In this document: one piece after another, positions 11,525-24,190 of the stretch
Layout of the letters: every line of letters begins with the position of its first letter
Position numbering within the stretch: position 1 is the first letter of the stretch
Assembly (NCBI RefSeq): GCF_964204645.1
Contig: NC_134029.1
Span: 16,982,950-17,046,949, forward strand
DNA from: Tubulanus polymorphus
Taxonomy: Eukaryota > Animalia > Nemertea
DNA: 64,000 nucleotides
Reading direction: 5' to 3'
The notes under the pieces: model-generated
The model's database searches: none
Seen by the model: only the letters and a program-made list of their open reading frames with translations
What the model was told of the DNA's origin: nothing
Made by a program: the position numbers and the translations under genes

Positions 11525-14500
11525 ATGGACACTGAGTATATTGTTGACGAGGTCCTGACTAAACTCGGTAAAATAGGAAAGTGGCAATTAATAGTGTTTC
11601 ATCTGTGGTGTATTCCAGCATCTATGATACTAGCATTTCAGGGATATATGCTTGTATTTGTAGGTAAGTATAAAATAATCTATCACATGGACTGGATTAA
11701 GCGTATAGTTCCACAAATGAGAAAATATCAGGGACTTATACATTTACCACAAAATTTCAAATCGGGGCATTTGGAAAGACAGAGAAGCGAAGGATCGTCA
11801 TCTGAATTGGACTAGGCTGCTTTTGCTAGGCCATTCAACACGCCGAAAAAATTGGCCGGAACAGTTAGTTGTAGAGAAAGTCTATTCCAAAGTTCTCAGG
11901 AAAAATATGCCAAGAATATGCTTTGCCCCAAAACGCTCGTGAAAACGATCCAACTGTGGCAGTGGTTTCCTGCTACTGCAGTAATTTGCAGCCTATTGGA
12001 TGCAGCTAAATTCTTGCCCTGTGCTTGGATGAATCCATTTCTACGGTACGGTACCGTAAAACTGAGGCCACGTTGTTCTATTTTTTTTAGCTTGGTCATT
12101 GAAAGAACTATTAAGGATTTTGTTTTAACCAACATAGTATGTGGCTTTTTCAACTGTGTATTTTAGCTGGCTCACCCCCTCATCACTGCCGTGTACCAGG
12201 CACATATAAACCTCTATTACCAGTTGGAGAATATGGACATATGTCACAATGTCGGATGTACAGAAATCTTACAATTGATAACAGTACTGTGACGTGTAAA
12301 GACGGTTGGATTTATAACAAATCTCAATACGGCAACACTGTCGTTACTCAAGTAAGTTTGAAAAAATAATTCAACCCAACTTTTATAGCCAGGATGCCAT
12401 GAGTGGTTTGACTGTAGTTTCAAAATAAATTGCCCATGTGCAAAGTGTGGTTTACCTTGAAAGCTAGAGGTTGTTTGGGGTAAGGGCATTGCTTGAAAAA
12501 TCTTGTATTTCATCTTTCTCAAAGAATTATTTTGTAGTCAAATAAGACCACAAATATACATTTCGTAGGGTACAGGTAGGCGCGGCAGGGAAACTATTTT
12601 ATATTTTCAAAGAAATATTTTTCACAATATGAAAAAATATTCAAATAAAATTCATATGATGTCACATATCAGAGAGCGGCTGAATATTTAGTCTTGGAAA
12701 CCTCTTCCAATGTATGGCCGCGGAATCTAAACGCGCCCAGTAAGAAATCGGCGTATTAGATCGTTTTAAATCCTGGAATTTACAACTACAATATTCAGAC
12801 CTCGACTTATACTTGTAGTTTGCTGCTTAATATTTTCAGGTCACAAGAAATTACAATTTATTATAAATTATATCAAACAGAAAACATAGCGCTCATCTTC
12901 TGTTGATGAAATGTCAGACGCGCCAGCAAGCAGCGTTTACAGTATCACTATAGTAGTGTATACTGTCATCCTCGCTTGCCAAGGGTCCAGTATCACTCCC
13001 GAACTCGCTTCCACCAGCCCCCTAGCCTCACGAAGCGTGATTTCATTACTGGCGCTGTTGCGCATGACGTCATATATCGATTTGCGAAATACTTCCTTGT
13101 TCGGTAAAACGTTCGCTGATTGGTCCATTTAACGGGAAAACCAACAGAAGTCTACTGTCGGTTTGTTACAAGCGCTGTGATTGGTACGACCGGATTCTAG
13201 TCGGCTAGTAACGACTCCAACGACTCGTGAGGTCAAGGGGTTCGGGGAACGGCTTTAGCGTAGTGGGTTCGAATCCCTTGACGGGTGAAGACGGTTTACT
13301 GTACGAGCGTGTTTGTGTATGCAACAGTCTATAGCGCTCTCTGCGCGCACGAGGAGGCCTTGTGTAAGTGAATGTTCGCTTGCAATTCAGTGTCAATCAA
13401 ATCAATCGCCGGGTATTAAAATGAAACAATACCTATGTGCATGGCGGATAATAATTATCTCATCAGCAATGAGCATTTGAAATTTGCACGTAATACGGCA
13501 CCTAGTCCAATGAAACGTTCGCCATGCTATGGCTTTCCCAAAATTATTTCAGTAGCGCCGGAATTCCCCGTATATCCCCAAAACAGCCAATCGCATTCGC
13601 TCGTAGAGACAACGCCCCCCCCCCCCCCCCCCAATCGAGGTCATTGCAATTTTATACTCGAGAGCTAAGAACTTTCCCGCCAAAAACAGTTTATCGTAGA
13701 ATTTTAACAAAGTTGACCATGTACATCGACGGAGGTTCGTCATGTCTTCAAGCGCATCGATTATACGTCGTTTAACCCGAGAACCAATGAAACAAATGCT
13801 CACATAAAAAAACGTACCACGATTTTACATGAAATTGGCTCAATGCCAACTTCATATCGCAGACAAAGGTAAACCAAAAATAGTTCATTAGGGGCGTTGA
13901 ACCTAGAACTTGTGTATTTAACTCCGCGTGTTAATTGATTAACAATAATTGTTTGTTTTCAGTGGGATTTAGTGTGTGATAAAGCATATATAGCAGAACT
14001 AACTATGTCTCTATTCATTATCGGAACATTTATTGGCTTCATGATATTCGGACCTCTACTTGATAAATTTGGACGACGGCGGATCTATTTTATATCGCAA
14101 GTAGCAGTGCTTCTAGCTGGGATAGCTACTGCTTTTTCTGTCAATGTTGTATTATATTGCGTCTGCAGAACTATTACTGGAATACTTTCCGTGGTAGGTT
14201 CTATGTTTATTTTTTCATAATTTTGTTTAAACTTTTTTGAACGAAGAGAACCACTTATCTCGATTCGCCGTTATCATCACATAATAATCGTCGCATATGT
14301 TTTGTGCGAAATGGAATTTAAATTCCATACAATCGGCGGTTGATCGATGGAACGATGAAAATAGTTTCTAAGCTTAATTGACATTACGGTACAATCGTTT
14401 CGGGTTGATAAATCTAAAAAGTTATGACTTGTAAACTTCCAGTGCCTTGTAATATTTGTAATAGATCCAATTGAAATTTATCGATAGGGAGTCAGTCAGA

Positions 14501-17500
14501 GCGCATTCTTGTCGTCGTGTGAAATGATTCCCTCAACAGTTAGAGCTAAATACAATCAATATCAATATATCTGGGCGTCTGCTTCGATGTTGATATTAGG
14601 AGGATTAGCTTATTCGTTACCTAACTGGAAGCATCTACACCTTGCTCTCGCCTGTATTCCATTTGCATTTTCTTTCGGAATCCGGTAAGCTATCATATAC
14701 TATATATGTATCATAGGCTGTATGCCCAGCCAGATAATTGAATGTTTTCGTTGCTTAAGAGGTTCGACAGCTGGGGCTAATTCCAGAACATAGGGTTAAT
14801 TTAAATAGATGAAATTTTAGGCGATACAAAAAAATGAAAAACCTGTACGCATAAGAATGATTGCCGCAAAATTAAAATATCCATGCCTGTTCAATATTTC
14901 ATGTATTCGTTTCACATGTCTTTGCCTTTTCTAGCTTTATGCCGGAATCGATTCCATGGCTCATATCAGAAGGTCGAATAGCTGAAGCCGAGTCTATTGT
15001 ACATTATGCGGCAAAACTCAACAATATCCATATTGAAGAACATCCCTTTGCTGCCTGTTTAGAAAACGATGCGAATAATTTGGATGCATACGAGGAAACT
15101 GATAATCTACTGGTTCCACGTGATAGACTGGTTGCTGTACAAAATAAGGACAATAGTTTATTAGATTTATTCAAACACCCGCTACTCAGGCGTGCCGTTA
15201 TAATCATATTCTTTGCATGGTTAGTATATCGATCAAAACAGGGCTGGTTCAAAACTTGTCAAAGTAAACTTTACGAGTTAATTACTTGTAAACACGCTTA
15301 AAATAATGCATTTATCGGACAATGGGGGATGTCGACTGGCATTAGGCTACAGACGCAACGCTATCATCTCAAAAGCGCCATCGTCTCTGGAGCTGAACCA
15401 CCTGTTTTTCATCAGGGGAGGATAGACTCAAAATTTGGCCAATTCATTTTTGGCCTAGGCCTTGTGGAACCTCTTATTACCGAGTAAAACTAATTTTGGC
15501 TTTATATGGAGAGATATGAAGGGGGCAAGCCTCATAACTTACAGTTACAATCAAAAAGGTTGATATAAATGATGATTTGGTTGAGACTGAAATTATTGGG
15601 TTTACGCCCTCTGCCCCGCATCTGCATCTATTCTCCTTTGACTTGGGGGGGGGGGGTAGTTGCACAATCGAGACTAAAGCCGGGCGTAGGTCGGTTGGTC
15701 GTTGCGAAGCGATCATCGCTGGCGGCCGCAGTGAGTCGCGTCGCAAGCCGTCGCAAGGCCCACCAACGCCCGGCTTAAGACAGTTCAAAAAGGAGAAAAA
15801 GAATGTAACATTAGACTGTAGAAATGCTTATTTACATTCCCAACTCTACCGGAAAAGGCGGGGTTTAGTCTATATAATCTAATATCAATGCGACTTATGA
15901 ATCTTTGAAGGTTTGTGAATACGTCTATATACAACGCAATAGCACTGAATTCTACAGATTTAGGAATCGGAAACCGTTACGTTAGTTTCTGCGTATCGAA
16001 TTTAGCTGATCTTCCCGCTGGTTTGGTTACATTTTTCGTTTTAGATCGGTAAGGGATAAGCAAAGTAGCATGTTTTCACAATCTAATCTATAGAACCATT
16101 GAAATAGAGAAGTTCCCAGTTTCTAGGCGCCTATATACAGACATTCCAGTCATTATTTAACCAGGCCAGTTGTTTTGAGAATATATATTTGTAAGGCTGG
16201 GGCGTTCGGTTCCTTATAATCCCCTGTAGAGAAATACCGGGATCGTGGGGCGTTTGGTTCCTAATATTGCCCTGTACAGAGGTGCTGGGATTGTGGGGTG
16301 TTTGGTTCCTAATATTGCCCTGTACAGAGGTGCTGGGATCGTGAGGCGTTTGATTCCTAATATTCCCCTGTACAGAGGTGCTGGGATCGTGGGGTGTTTG
16401 ATTCCTAATATTCCCCTGTACAGAGGTGCTGGGATCGTGGGGTGTTTGGTTCCTAATATTTCCCTAGGATCGTGGGGCGTTCGGTTCTTCATATTCCCCT
16501 GTACAGAGGTGCCGGGATTGGGGCGTTCGGCTCCTGATACTCCCCTCTAGTGAGGTGCTGGGATCGTGGTATGTCGAATTGTCGGGTATGTCGGGATTGT
16601 CGGATTGCCGGTATGTCGGGAGTGTCGGAATGTCGGGAATGCCGATGTTATAATTCACATACAGAATTATGAACCAAATCACTCATTCATTTTGTCTTAA
16701 GCTTCCACAATGAGGGACTATATTACCATATATTATACTTGATCCAAACTGAGGACCGCATATTTTAACCGCACGTCAAAAATTGCGACTTTTATTGATT
16801 TTGTAATATCTAAGTGTTTATTAAAGCAATATTTCCAATCTTTGCTGAGGTTAAAGAGCTTTATTTGCAGTTTTGGCCTCCGTTGAAATTTTTTCAATAT
16901 ATTTCCTGAGGACTGATCTGCATTTCATTTCCTTTAAAATGGTCTATAGATAAAGTTAATCAAGCAAGGGACAGGAGAGCTATATGATATTCAATCTAAA
17001 CTTGTGTTTTAAAAACGAGCGCAAATTAACGCAACAATGGGGACCTCGAGGGATCGCCACAAAATGGCGCCTAGAAACTGGAAACTTCTTTATTTTTAGC
17101 ATTTATCTCGGGATGGTTCTAAACCTGGCACGGCATGGTATGCTTATGAACCAATGCTGCACACTGGAATTAAAAGTTCACGTATGAAATAAAGCGTAGA
17201 CTCAAATTAGTCATCCACGGGCGAGTGATATATACGTACATACATTAAAACGGGAAAAGTTTCTTTCATTCCTGGTCAATGTGTGTTTCCGTCCAGGGCA
17301 ATGAGATCGTGACATGCAAACAAGAGCCCCAAGGGGCACTATGGCCAGCCTGTCAGCTTTTCATAAAATGGCAAATGATGATGCATTCTGTGGGTTAGAT
17401 ATGTCAAAGTACACTCCCCGCTGATAGTCAATACCTAATAATTTCAAAGTAGCACAGACAGCGACTGGATCTGGCAGGAACAAATACCTCAGATAAATCT

Positions 17501-20500
17501 TCCCTTGGTCTTATTGATTTTAATGCGGAATAGAATTGAATTTGCTCAACAAAACAAAATTGAATTGGATTTGATATATTTTGCAGAATAAAATTTGATT
17601 GAATTTGTAGTTTGAGCACATGGCTAATTAGCATATCAAGATCATATATGCGATTTAAGAAAAAGCTATTTTTCCGGACTGCACATTGGTCGATGATATT
17701 TTCTGTAGTGCTAATAAAAATATTCCTTCCAAAAACCAAATCAACTAAAGCTTTCACAGAAATCGATCTTGAAATAAAATTTTAAATCTAAAAATAAAAC
17801 CAGGAAGTAAAATGGTAGACAAGACGATACCGCGGGTTCACGTGAACACCTGCTGATTTATGCGGCTAAGCCAATCATAGAGGAGTCTTTGCTTTCTGAT
17901 TGGCTATTCAAAACCAATATTTTTGCGATCAGATATTCGCGAAAAAGCTCAAATAAATTTTAACGAGGCCCTCTTCTAAATTCAGCTACGTATAGTTTGG
18001 AGAATGGATAATGCTTTAATGAATGATTTGTAAATATAATGTGAATATAATGTGAATATATGCTCAGTTGCTACTATTGCAATTATGTTGCTCGTAGGTT
18101 GCACAGACAAAGAGCCTTTGCTCTGGAAACCATGTAATTTAAATTCGCTCCACTCAAAATTGCGGCTTTTCTACAGAATATTAGGGTTTAGGATCTAGAG
18201 GGTTAGGGGTTATGATTGTTGTGGTAAGGATTAGAGTAAGGTTTTACATTCAGATAGGGTACGTGTAAAAAAGTTTGGTCCTGGCAAGGTGGCTTATTTT
18301 CGTAGATCATTTACAATCGTCTAAGTACAGGGGATTTGCGCATGTGCATTTCTCTTACTGTCTGGGATGGAAACGCGCATCAACCTTCTATCTTTGGAGG
18401 CTGGACTGAGCAGCCAATATCTCATTTCAAGTGATGAAACCAGAAACTTTTAGCATTCGTATAGATCGATTAACTTCTTCAGTGGAAGGCACCGAAGGAG
18501 ACTTGTCATGAACGATCTTTGCCACGACGTGTCTCATTCTTGCGGTGTCCAAAAATAGCTTGAATCCTTAGCTAAATCCTTATAGCATCCCACCACAATA
18601 ATCATTATTCGATATATAAGTCAAGTTCAAGTTATATCAAGTTCAAGTTCAAGTCAAGTTATATTCAAGTTATATCCAGGCATTCTGCAAAAAAGAAGCT
18701 GAGAATCTAAAAGAAATATGTGCTGTGTTTACGATTTTCAGATATGGAAGACGAAAACCAATGAGTTTATTCCATATAATGGGTGGAATCTCGCTAATTA
18801 TTGGTGTAAATATCCCAGCATCAGTAGGTAAGGATATTATACTTAATTATATAAACGGATTAAGTATTAGCAAAACTAGCCGTTACGATGAGCGTGGTTC
18901 ACAAAGGGTTATTTCTGTTTCTGTTAAGTGGCCCGCAAAGCGAGCTGCGTCAAATCATCCATCATACCCGTCATCATCACACTCTCCACCATCTCCACCA
19001 CGATCACCATCAATGAATCATGAATCAGTCATCGAGCCATTGGGTTCGGCAGTTAGTTCAGGCCATTCATCCAGTCAACCAGTCATCCAGTCTATCAGTC
19101 ATCCAATCACCTAGTCGACCAGTCGTCTAGTCATGGAGTCGGCCAGTCATGAAGTCGTCCATGCAACGAGTCGTCCATTCATCCAGTCTACCAGTCATCC
19201 GGTCGTCCAGTCATTCAGTCACCCCCAGTCATTCGGTCGAACAATTAATGACCAGTCATGCAGACGACCGGTCATTATGTCGAACTATCACCCAGCCAAC
19301 CAGTCAGCTGCATAGACTCTGAAGTGCGGATGAATATGTGACTCGTCCTACCGCATCATACACTTGGGCAAATAAATTTTACAAAAATATTATGTATTCG
19401 CCCTGCAATACGGCTGATCACAGGAAACTCCTCCAGTTCGACCCAGGGGCGGATCCAGGGGGATGGGTAGACAGTATTGGAAGGAAATTTAAGGGCACCT
19501 TTCTGATCTTAGGGCACACCCAGTATCCAGGTCAATGCGAGCGCCGAAGGCGGGAAGTGCTTAGAGGGGGGTGGGGGTCTGGGGGCCCACCCCCAGAAAA
19601 TTTTGAAAATATGGTACCATTTAAAGGCTTTGAGAGGGCTTCTAGAGGCTAGCAGAGCAATCCAGAAAAAACGAATTCGAGACAAGATTTCAACAGATGC
19701 GGATAAAAAATGAAGCTGGCGAACCCATGAAAGAATGGTTGTCGCCAACTTCGCCTAGTGCCCCTATAATCTTTAAAAGTGCCCCTTAACAATTATACAG
19801 AATACGGCTAAGTGCCCCTTCATTGTTAACAATCGGCAGAAATTGCCTCGTCTTCACATTTATCCTTATGTCGTGTGCCATCTTCCAAACCAAAAGTGCC
19901 CCTAAAATTTTAAAAATAGGCAAAAAGTGCCCTTTTCTTCAACATTTTCCGCGTATAGTGCCCTCTTCTAAAGTACGAGTGCCCCTTTAGCCCTCCCTGA
20001 AAAGGCAAGGACAAGGTGCCCTCATCTAAAGCATGAGTGCCCCTTGCAAAAGGAAAGTGCCCTTTTTAATTTATCATGATTAAAGGCTTTACAAATATGA
20101 TTATCTCTCCTCACTTTCTCGGCAGCAGTATATACCGATTAATTTTATAATTATGGCCGGATTACGGACACGGAATTAGCGGTTGCTGAAATAATGCCGT
20201 CAAAAATATTGCCGGTGAAATTTCGAAGGGCACTTAAAAATTCTAGACCGTATTGGGCAATACGGCTAATACGGTCTGGATCCGCCCCTGCGACCGATTT
20301 TAGGATAACTGTCAAAATGAAACATCAAATTTACACGTCAAACTGAGACAGTTGCCACTAAAAATCACTAAACCGCCATCTACACTGTAGAGATGGCATA
20401 AAAAATAGATGTTTAATGGCATGTAGCGCTTAACATTAAACCTCCTGGTTACATATCGTTTATTTTTGCTAAGTTGTGCGGCAAACTTTGAAGCATAGCC

Positions 20501-22468
20501 CATAGAAATGGTCAAATTATATGATGAGCAACCAAAGATCTATTATGGGAAGGCCTATGGGGAAGTATTTGGACTTAATGGTTAAATGTGCGTAGGCCTT
20601 TATACAAAGAGGGCTGAAAATCATCGAAATTCTGCGTAAGGCTTAGTTCCTACTGAATGAACTAAGTAGAGAATCTGAACGAAGATATGCATTTTATGCG
20701 AAGGAGAAGATAAGAACTGAAGTACGCCATAGGACATTTGCTGAAAGCCTAAATATTCATATGATACCATTTATATTATTTTTTTACAATGTAGGTAATG
20801 CTCAACTCATCCGGAATTGTTTGACATTTTTCGGTCGGTTTTGTGTCGCGGCAGTAGCTAACATTATAAGTTTGTTCGCTGTAGAAATATTTCCAACAAC
20901 TCACAGGTAAACCCTGACTTTGAAAACCGAAATTTACATTTTGCTTAACAACCTCAAGTTTTTTTTATCTACAATTATGAAATATTTCAGCATGAATTCA
21001 TAGTAATGTATTTCAGAGGAAGTGGATATTGTTTTGTGTTAGTTGCCGATGGAATAGCGGCATGTCTTTCACCATTTAGCATTCCGCTGGTAAGTTTAAA
21101 AACAGCCAAATATGTAAACTACATACTTTGCCACTTAGATTTAAAAAGTACACATTTCAACGGAATAGCAACACGACGTTTACGACGTTTATGTCACCTC
21201 AATGTACTAAACAAATCTTAAAAATCAGGGGCGGATCCAGACCGTATTAGCCGTATTGCCCAATACGGTCTAGAATTTTTAAGTGCCCTTCGAAATTTCA
21301 CCGGCAATATTTTTGACGGCATTATTTCAGCAACTGCTAATTCCGTGTCCGTAATCCGGGCATAATTATAAAATTAATCGGTATATACTGCTGCCGAGAA
21401 AGTGAGGAGAGATAATCATATTTGTAAAGCCTTTAATCATGATAAATTAAAAAGGGCACTTTCCTTTTGCAAGGGGCACTCATGCTTTAGATGGGGGCAC
21501 CTTGTCCTTGCCTTTTCAGGGAGGGCTAAAGGGGCACTCGTACTTTAGAAGAGGGCACTATACGCGGAAAATGATGAAGAAAAGGGCACTTTTTTGCCTA
21601 TTTTTAAAATTTTAGGGGCACTTTTGGTTTGGAAGATGGCACACGACATAAGGATAAATGTGAAGACGAGGCAATTTCTGCCGATTGTTAACAATGAAGG
21701 GGCACTTAGCCGTATTCTGTATAATTGTTAAGGGGGGCACTTTTAAAGATTATAGGGGCACTAGGCGAAGTTGGCGACAACCATTCTTTCATGGGCTCGC
21801 CAGCTTCATTTTTTATCCGCATCTGTTGAAATCTTGTCTCGAATTCGTTTATTCTGGATTGCTCTGCTAGCCTCTAGAAGCCCTCTCAAAGCCTTTAAAT
21901 GGTACCATATTTTCAAAATTTTCTGGGGGTGGACCCAGACCCCCCCTCTAAGCACTTCCCGCCTTCGACGCTCGCATTGACCTGGATACTGGGTGTGCCC
22001 TAAGATCAGAAAGGTGCCCTTAAATTTCCTTCCAATACTGTCTACCCATCCCCCTGGATCCGCCCCTGAAAATATACTACCCACGTTTTATCCTGAAACT
22101 GAAAACGAATCCCTAATCCGTATCGTAAACTTAACGCTGTAAACCTGACCATTAAGCTGCGCTTAACGTAAATACACGCATGCATCATCCTTATATTAAA
22201 TTGTAAAACAAATATTTCTGTGAGATTCTATGTTTTTCAGTTGAAGTCGTTTCCATGGTTAATCTTGTTGATATTTGGTGTGTTGTCATCGTGTGTTGGT
22301 TTAGCTGTTCTATTGCTAGCTGAAACCGCTAATCAACCTTTACCAAGCACCATAGCTGATATAGAAACCCTGATTTGGCCAAAGTTTCCTCAATTCCGCT
22401 TATTTCCAACGAAACCAAGTACAGTGCCTATAAATTATTCGAATGTTTCCGATGATGAACACCATTAA
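11525..22468 (+). CDS. SLC22/organic cation transporter-like MFS protein, 10 coding exons, 557 aa
   Basis: Exons with GT/AG boundaries and consistent phases: 11525-11663, 12167-12351, 13963-14193, 14488-14684, 14935-15219, 15911-16048, 18742-18827, 20795-20906, 21017-21089, 22241-22468 (1674 nt). Motifs: HHCRVP, WDLVCD, DKFGRR, MPESIPWL, DRYGRR, EIFPTTHR, LAET. Confidence 0.92.
13221..13290 (+). other. tRNA-derived sequence (SINE head or tRNA pseudogene) in SLC22 intron 2
   Basis: B-box GGTTCGAATCC at 13266-13276 with only a weak A-box-like sequence upstream; no proper cloverleaf seen. Confidence 0.3.
16199..16645. repeat. 48-bp minisatellite (~7 copies) followed by short TGTCGGGA-type repeats
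   Basis: Unit CCTAATATTCCCCTGTACAGAGGTGCTGGGATCGTGGGGTGTTTGGTT; 16572-16645 is made of 8-9-bp GTCGG repeats. Confidence 0.9.
18955..19310. repeat. Degenerate low-complexity (CAGT/CATC)n repeat
   Basis: Recurrent CAGTCATCCAGTC-type motifs. Confidence 0.65.
19444..20290 (+). mobile_element. MITE copy 1 (847 bp), 15-bp TIR CAGGGGCGGATCCAG, 5-bp TSD CGACC, in SLC22 intron 7
   Basis: Perfect TIRs; CGACC on both flanks; internal GTGCCC repeats. Confidence 0.92.
21226..22068 (-). mobile_element. MITE copy 2 (843 bp), inverted relative to copy 1, 5-bp TSD AAAAT, in SLC22 intron 9
   Basis: Near-identical reverse complement of 19444-20290; same TIRs; AAAAT on both flanks. Confidence 0.92.
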
Positions 22469-23156
22469 ATTTCATTCAGACAGACCACAAATAATTTACT
22501 CTACGCACGAAGATACCAATTTCTAGATACGGATAAACGTTCTACAATACGTATGTCTCGGGCCCAGTTTTGCGGGATTGTTTTATCTCAAATTATTGGT
22601 ATGGTTGGTATTGGCCCTTCGACTGGTACTGACAAATCGGTCTGAGTTAGGCGAAGTCCAAGTTAAGGAATGGAAAAATATATTACGGCGTCAAGAAATA
22701 AGCTCAATTCACACAGTGAATGATAGTTCTAATCCGCAGAGATGAATAAGCCATTCCGTATGGTATCCGAGAATCAAGTAACCGCCGACTATACGCACAT
22801 GCATCTATATTTCCATTTGCGCCATCAGCTGTGATGGTTCCACTGGATATTGTTCAATCCTTTCAATTAAACACTAAATGTATTGTAAAATGCCACTAGA
22901 AAGATACTTTTAATAGGACGACAGAGACAGAGAAATTAAAACTCAAACTCGGGGTGAAGATGAGTTAAATTGGTTGGATCTTGGAGTAATCAGTTCAGTC
23001 TGATTACTCCAAGGTTGGATAAGGCTTACACACTGTAGTGCTTTTTAAACATGTTTGCAAGTCAGGTCCAAATGAAGTTCCACTGTATTAGACAAAGAGT
23101 TGAGATTATAGTCAGCAATGCAAAGGTATTAGGCTACAGAGATTTAAGACAAAACA

Positions 23157-23608
23157 AGTAATAGGGGTAATAGGCTTTCAAGCCAAAGGTCGAACGGTCG
23201 AGCTCGTAAAAATGAAAAACATAAAAATAATTACAATTTCTACTTGAATTACTCGCGAAACTCATAAAAATGAAAAATAAATTCTCACACACTCGAATTT
23301 ATTTTTCATTTTTATGAGTTTCACTCCTAATTCAAGTAGAAATTGTAATTATTTTCATGTTTTTCATTTTTTACTCACCCGCCCGTTCAACCTTTAACCT
23401 GAAAGCCTATTACCCCTATTACTCTTAAAATAATCATATACATGAATAACATTTAAATTGACAGATTATTCAATATAAAAGTATATATTTACAACATTAT
23501 TTCAATATTTATATTTGTATGAGTTAGATTTTTAAACATTTAAAGTGTTAGTAAAGTGTGATTGAAATAATACATGATATAAATCATTGAACTTCTAAAA
23601 TCAATTTA
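23157..23608 (+). repeat. Polinton left TIR (452 bp); outer 267 bp (23157-23423) is an imperfect palindrome
   Basis: Reverse complement of 49188-49630 apart from a 9-bp indel and roughly 8 substitutions. Confidence 0.95.
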
Positions 23609-23754
23609 AAAAAAAAATTTGATATTAAAATGGAAGCAAATAAGTACTACTGCCCAACATGTAATATCAATATAGATAAATCCCAAAAAGGAAGACACAA
23701 TAAAACTAAAACACATTTAGAGAATAAATTGAAACTAGAATATAAAGATGATAT

Positions 23755-23948
23755 TGTGATGGAATATGTCCATCAGTCGTTTTCTATGTTGTAACTGGAG
23801 GGTGCTGCCCTCTCTCTCTCGAAAATACAGAACAATAGGTGATTGTGTTAATATCTTTTGTCCGCCTTTTTACTGGTTTTTGGGCTCTCAGAGTCGATAT
23901 TTGGAGGAAACTTCTACTGTGGAACAGGCAGAATAGGACCTCGTTACA
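23755..23948 (+). repeat. Gypsy 5' LTR (194 bp)
   Basis: TGTGATGG...CGTTACA; differs from the 3' LTR by one substitution and one TC microsatellite unit. Confidence 0.95.
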
Positions 23949-23950
23949 TC

Positions 23951-23971
23951 TGGTGGCAGCGTAGTGGGATT
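23951..23971 (+). promoter_or_regulatory. Primer-binding site, tRNA-Leu-like
   Basis: TGGTGGCAGCG(TA)GTGGGATT is complementary, with a 2-nt bulge, to the 3' end of animal tRNA-Leu(AAG/UAG) (...AATCCCACCGCTGCCACCA, from recall). Confidence 0.75.
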
Positions 23972-24190
23972 TGATTGTGAAAAAACCAGTTGAAATTGAG
24001 TTGAAGCGGTGAACACGTTTTTCTCCGTTTAGTCTGTGTAAATTACGGTTACTTTTTGTGTGTACTTAACGTATTTTTTTACCTACTTCGTAATTCCTAG
24101 TACATATTTAGTATTTTTAAGTGCCTGTTTCCCCTACATTTATTTGCGGTCCTGTATTTTCTGTGTCATTTATATAAAAGAATAGTAATT

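Noticed and set aside
15416-15487. GLVEP-containing frame resembling SLC22 TM8
   Set aside because: Wrong phase and ends in a stop; the real exon lies at 15911.
16214-16550. Repeat-protein ORFs on both strands
   Set aside because: Translations of a 48-bp intronic minisatellite.
15220-18741. Apparently missing SLC22 exon, which would make the gene a pseudogene
   Set aside because: The exon is at 15911-16048 (WFVNTSIYNAIALN...LADLP...LDR); it is absent from the ORF track only because it is short.
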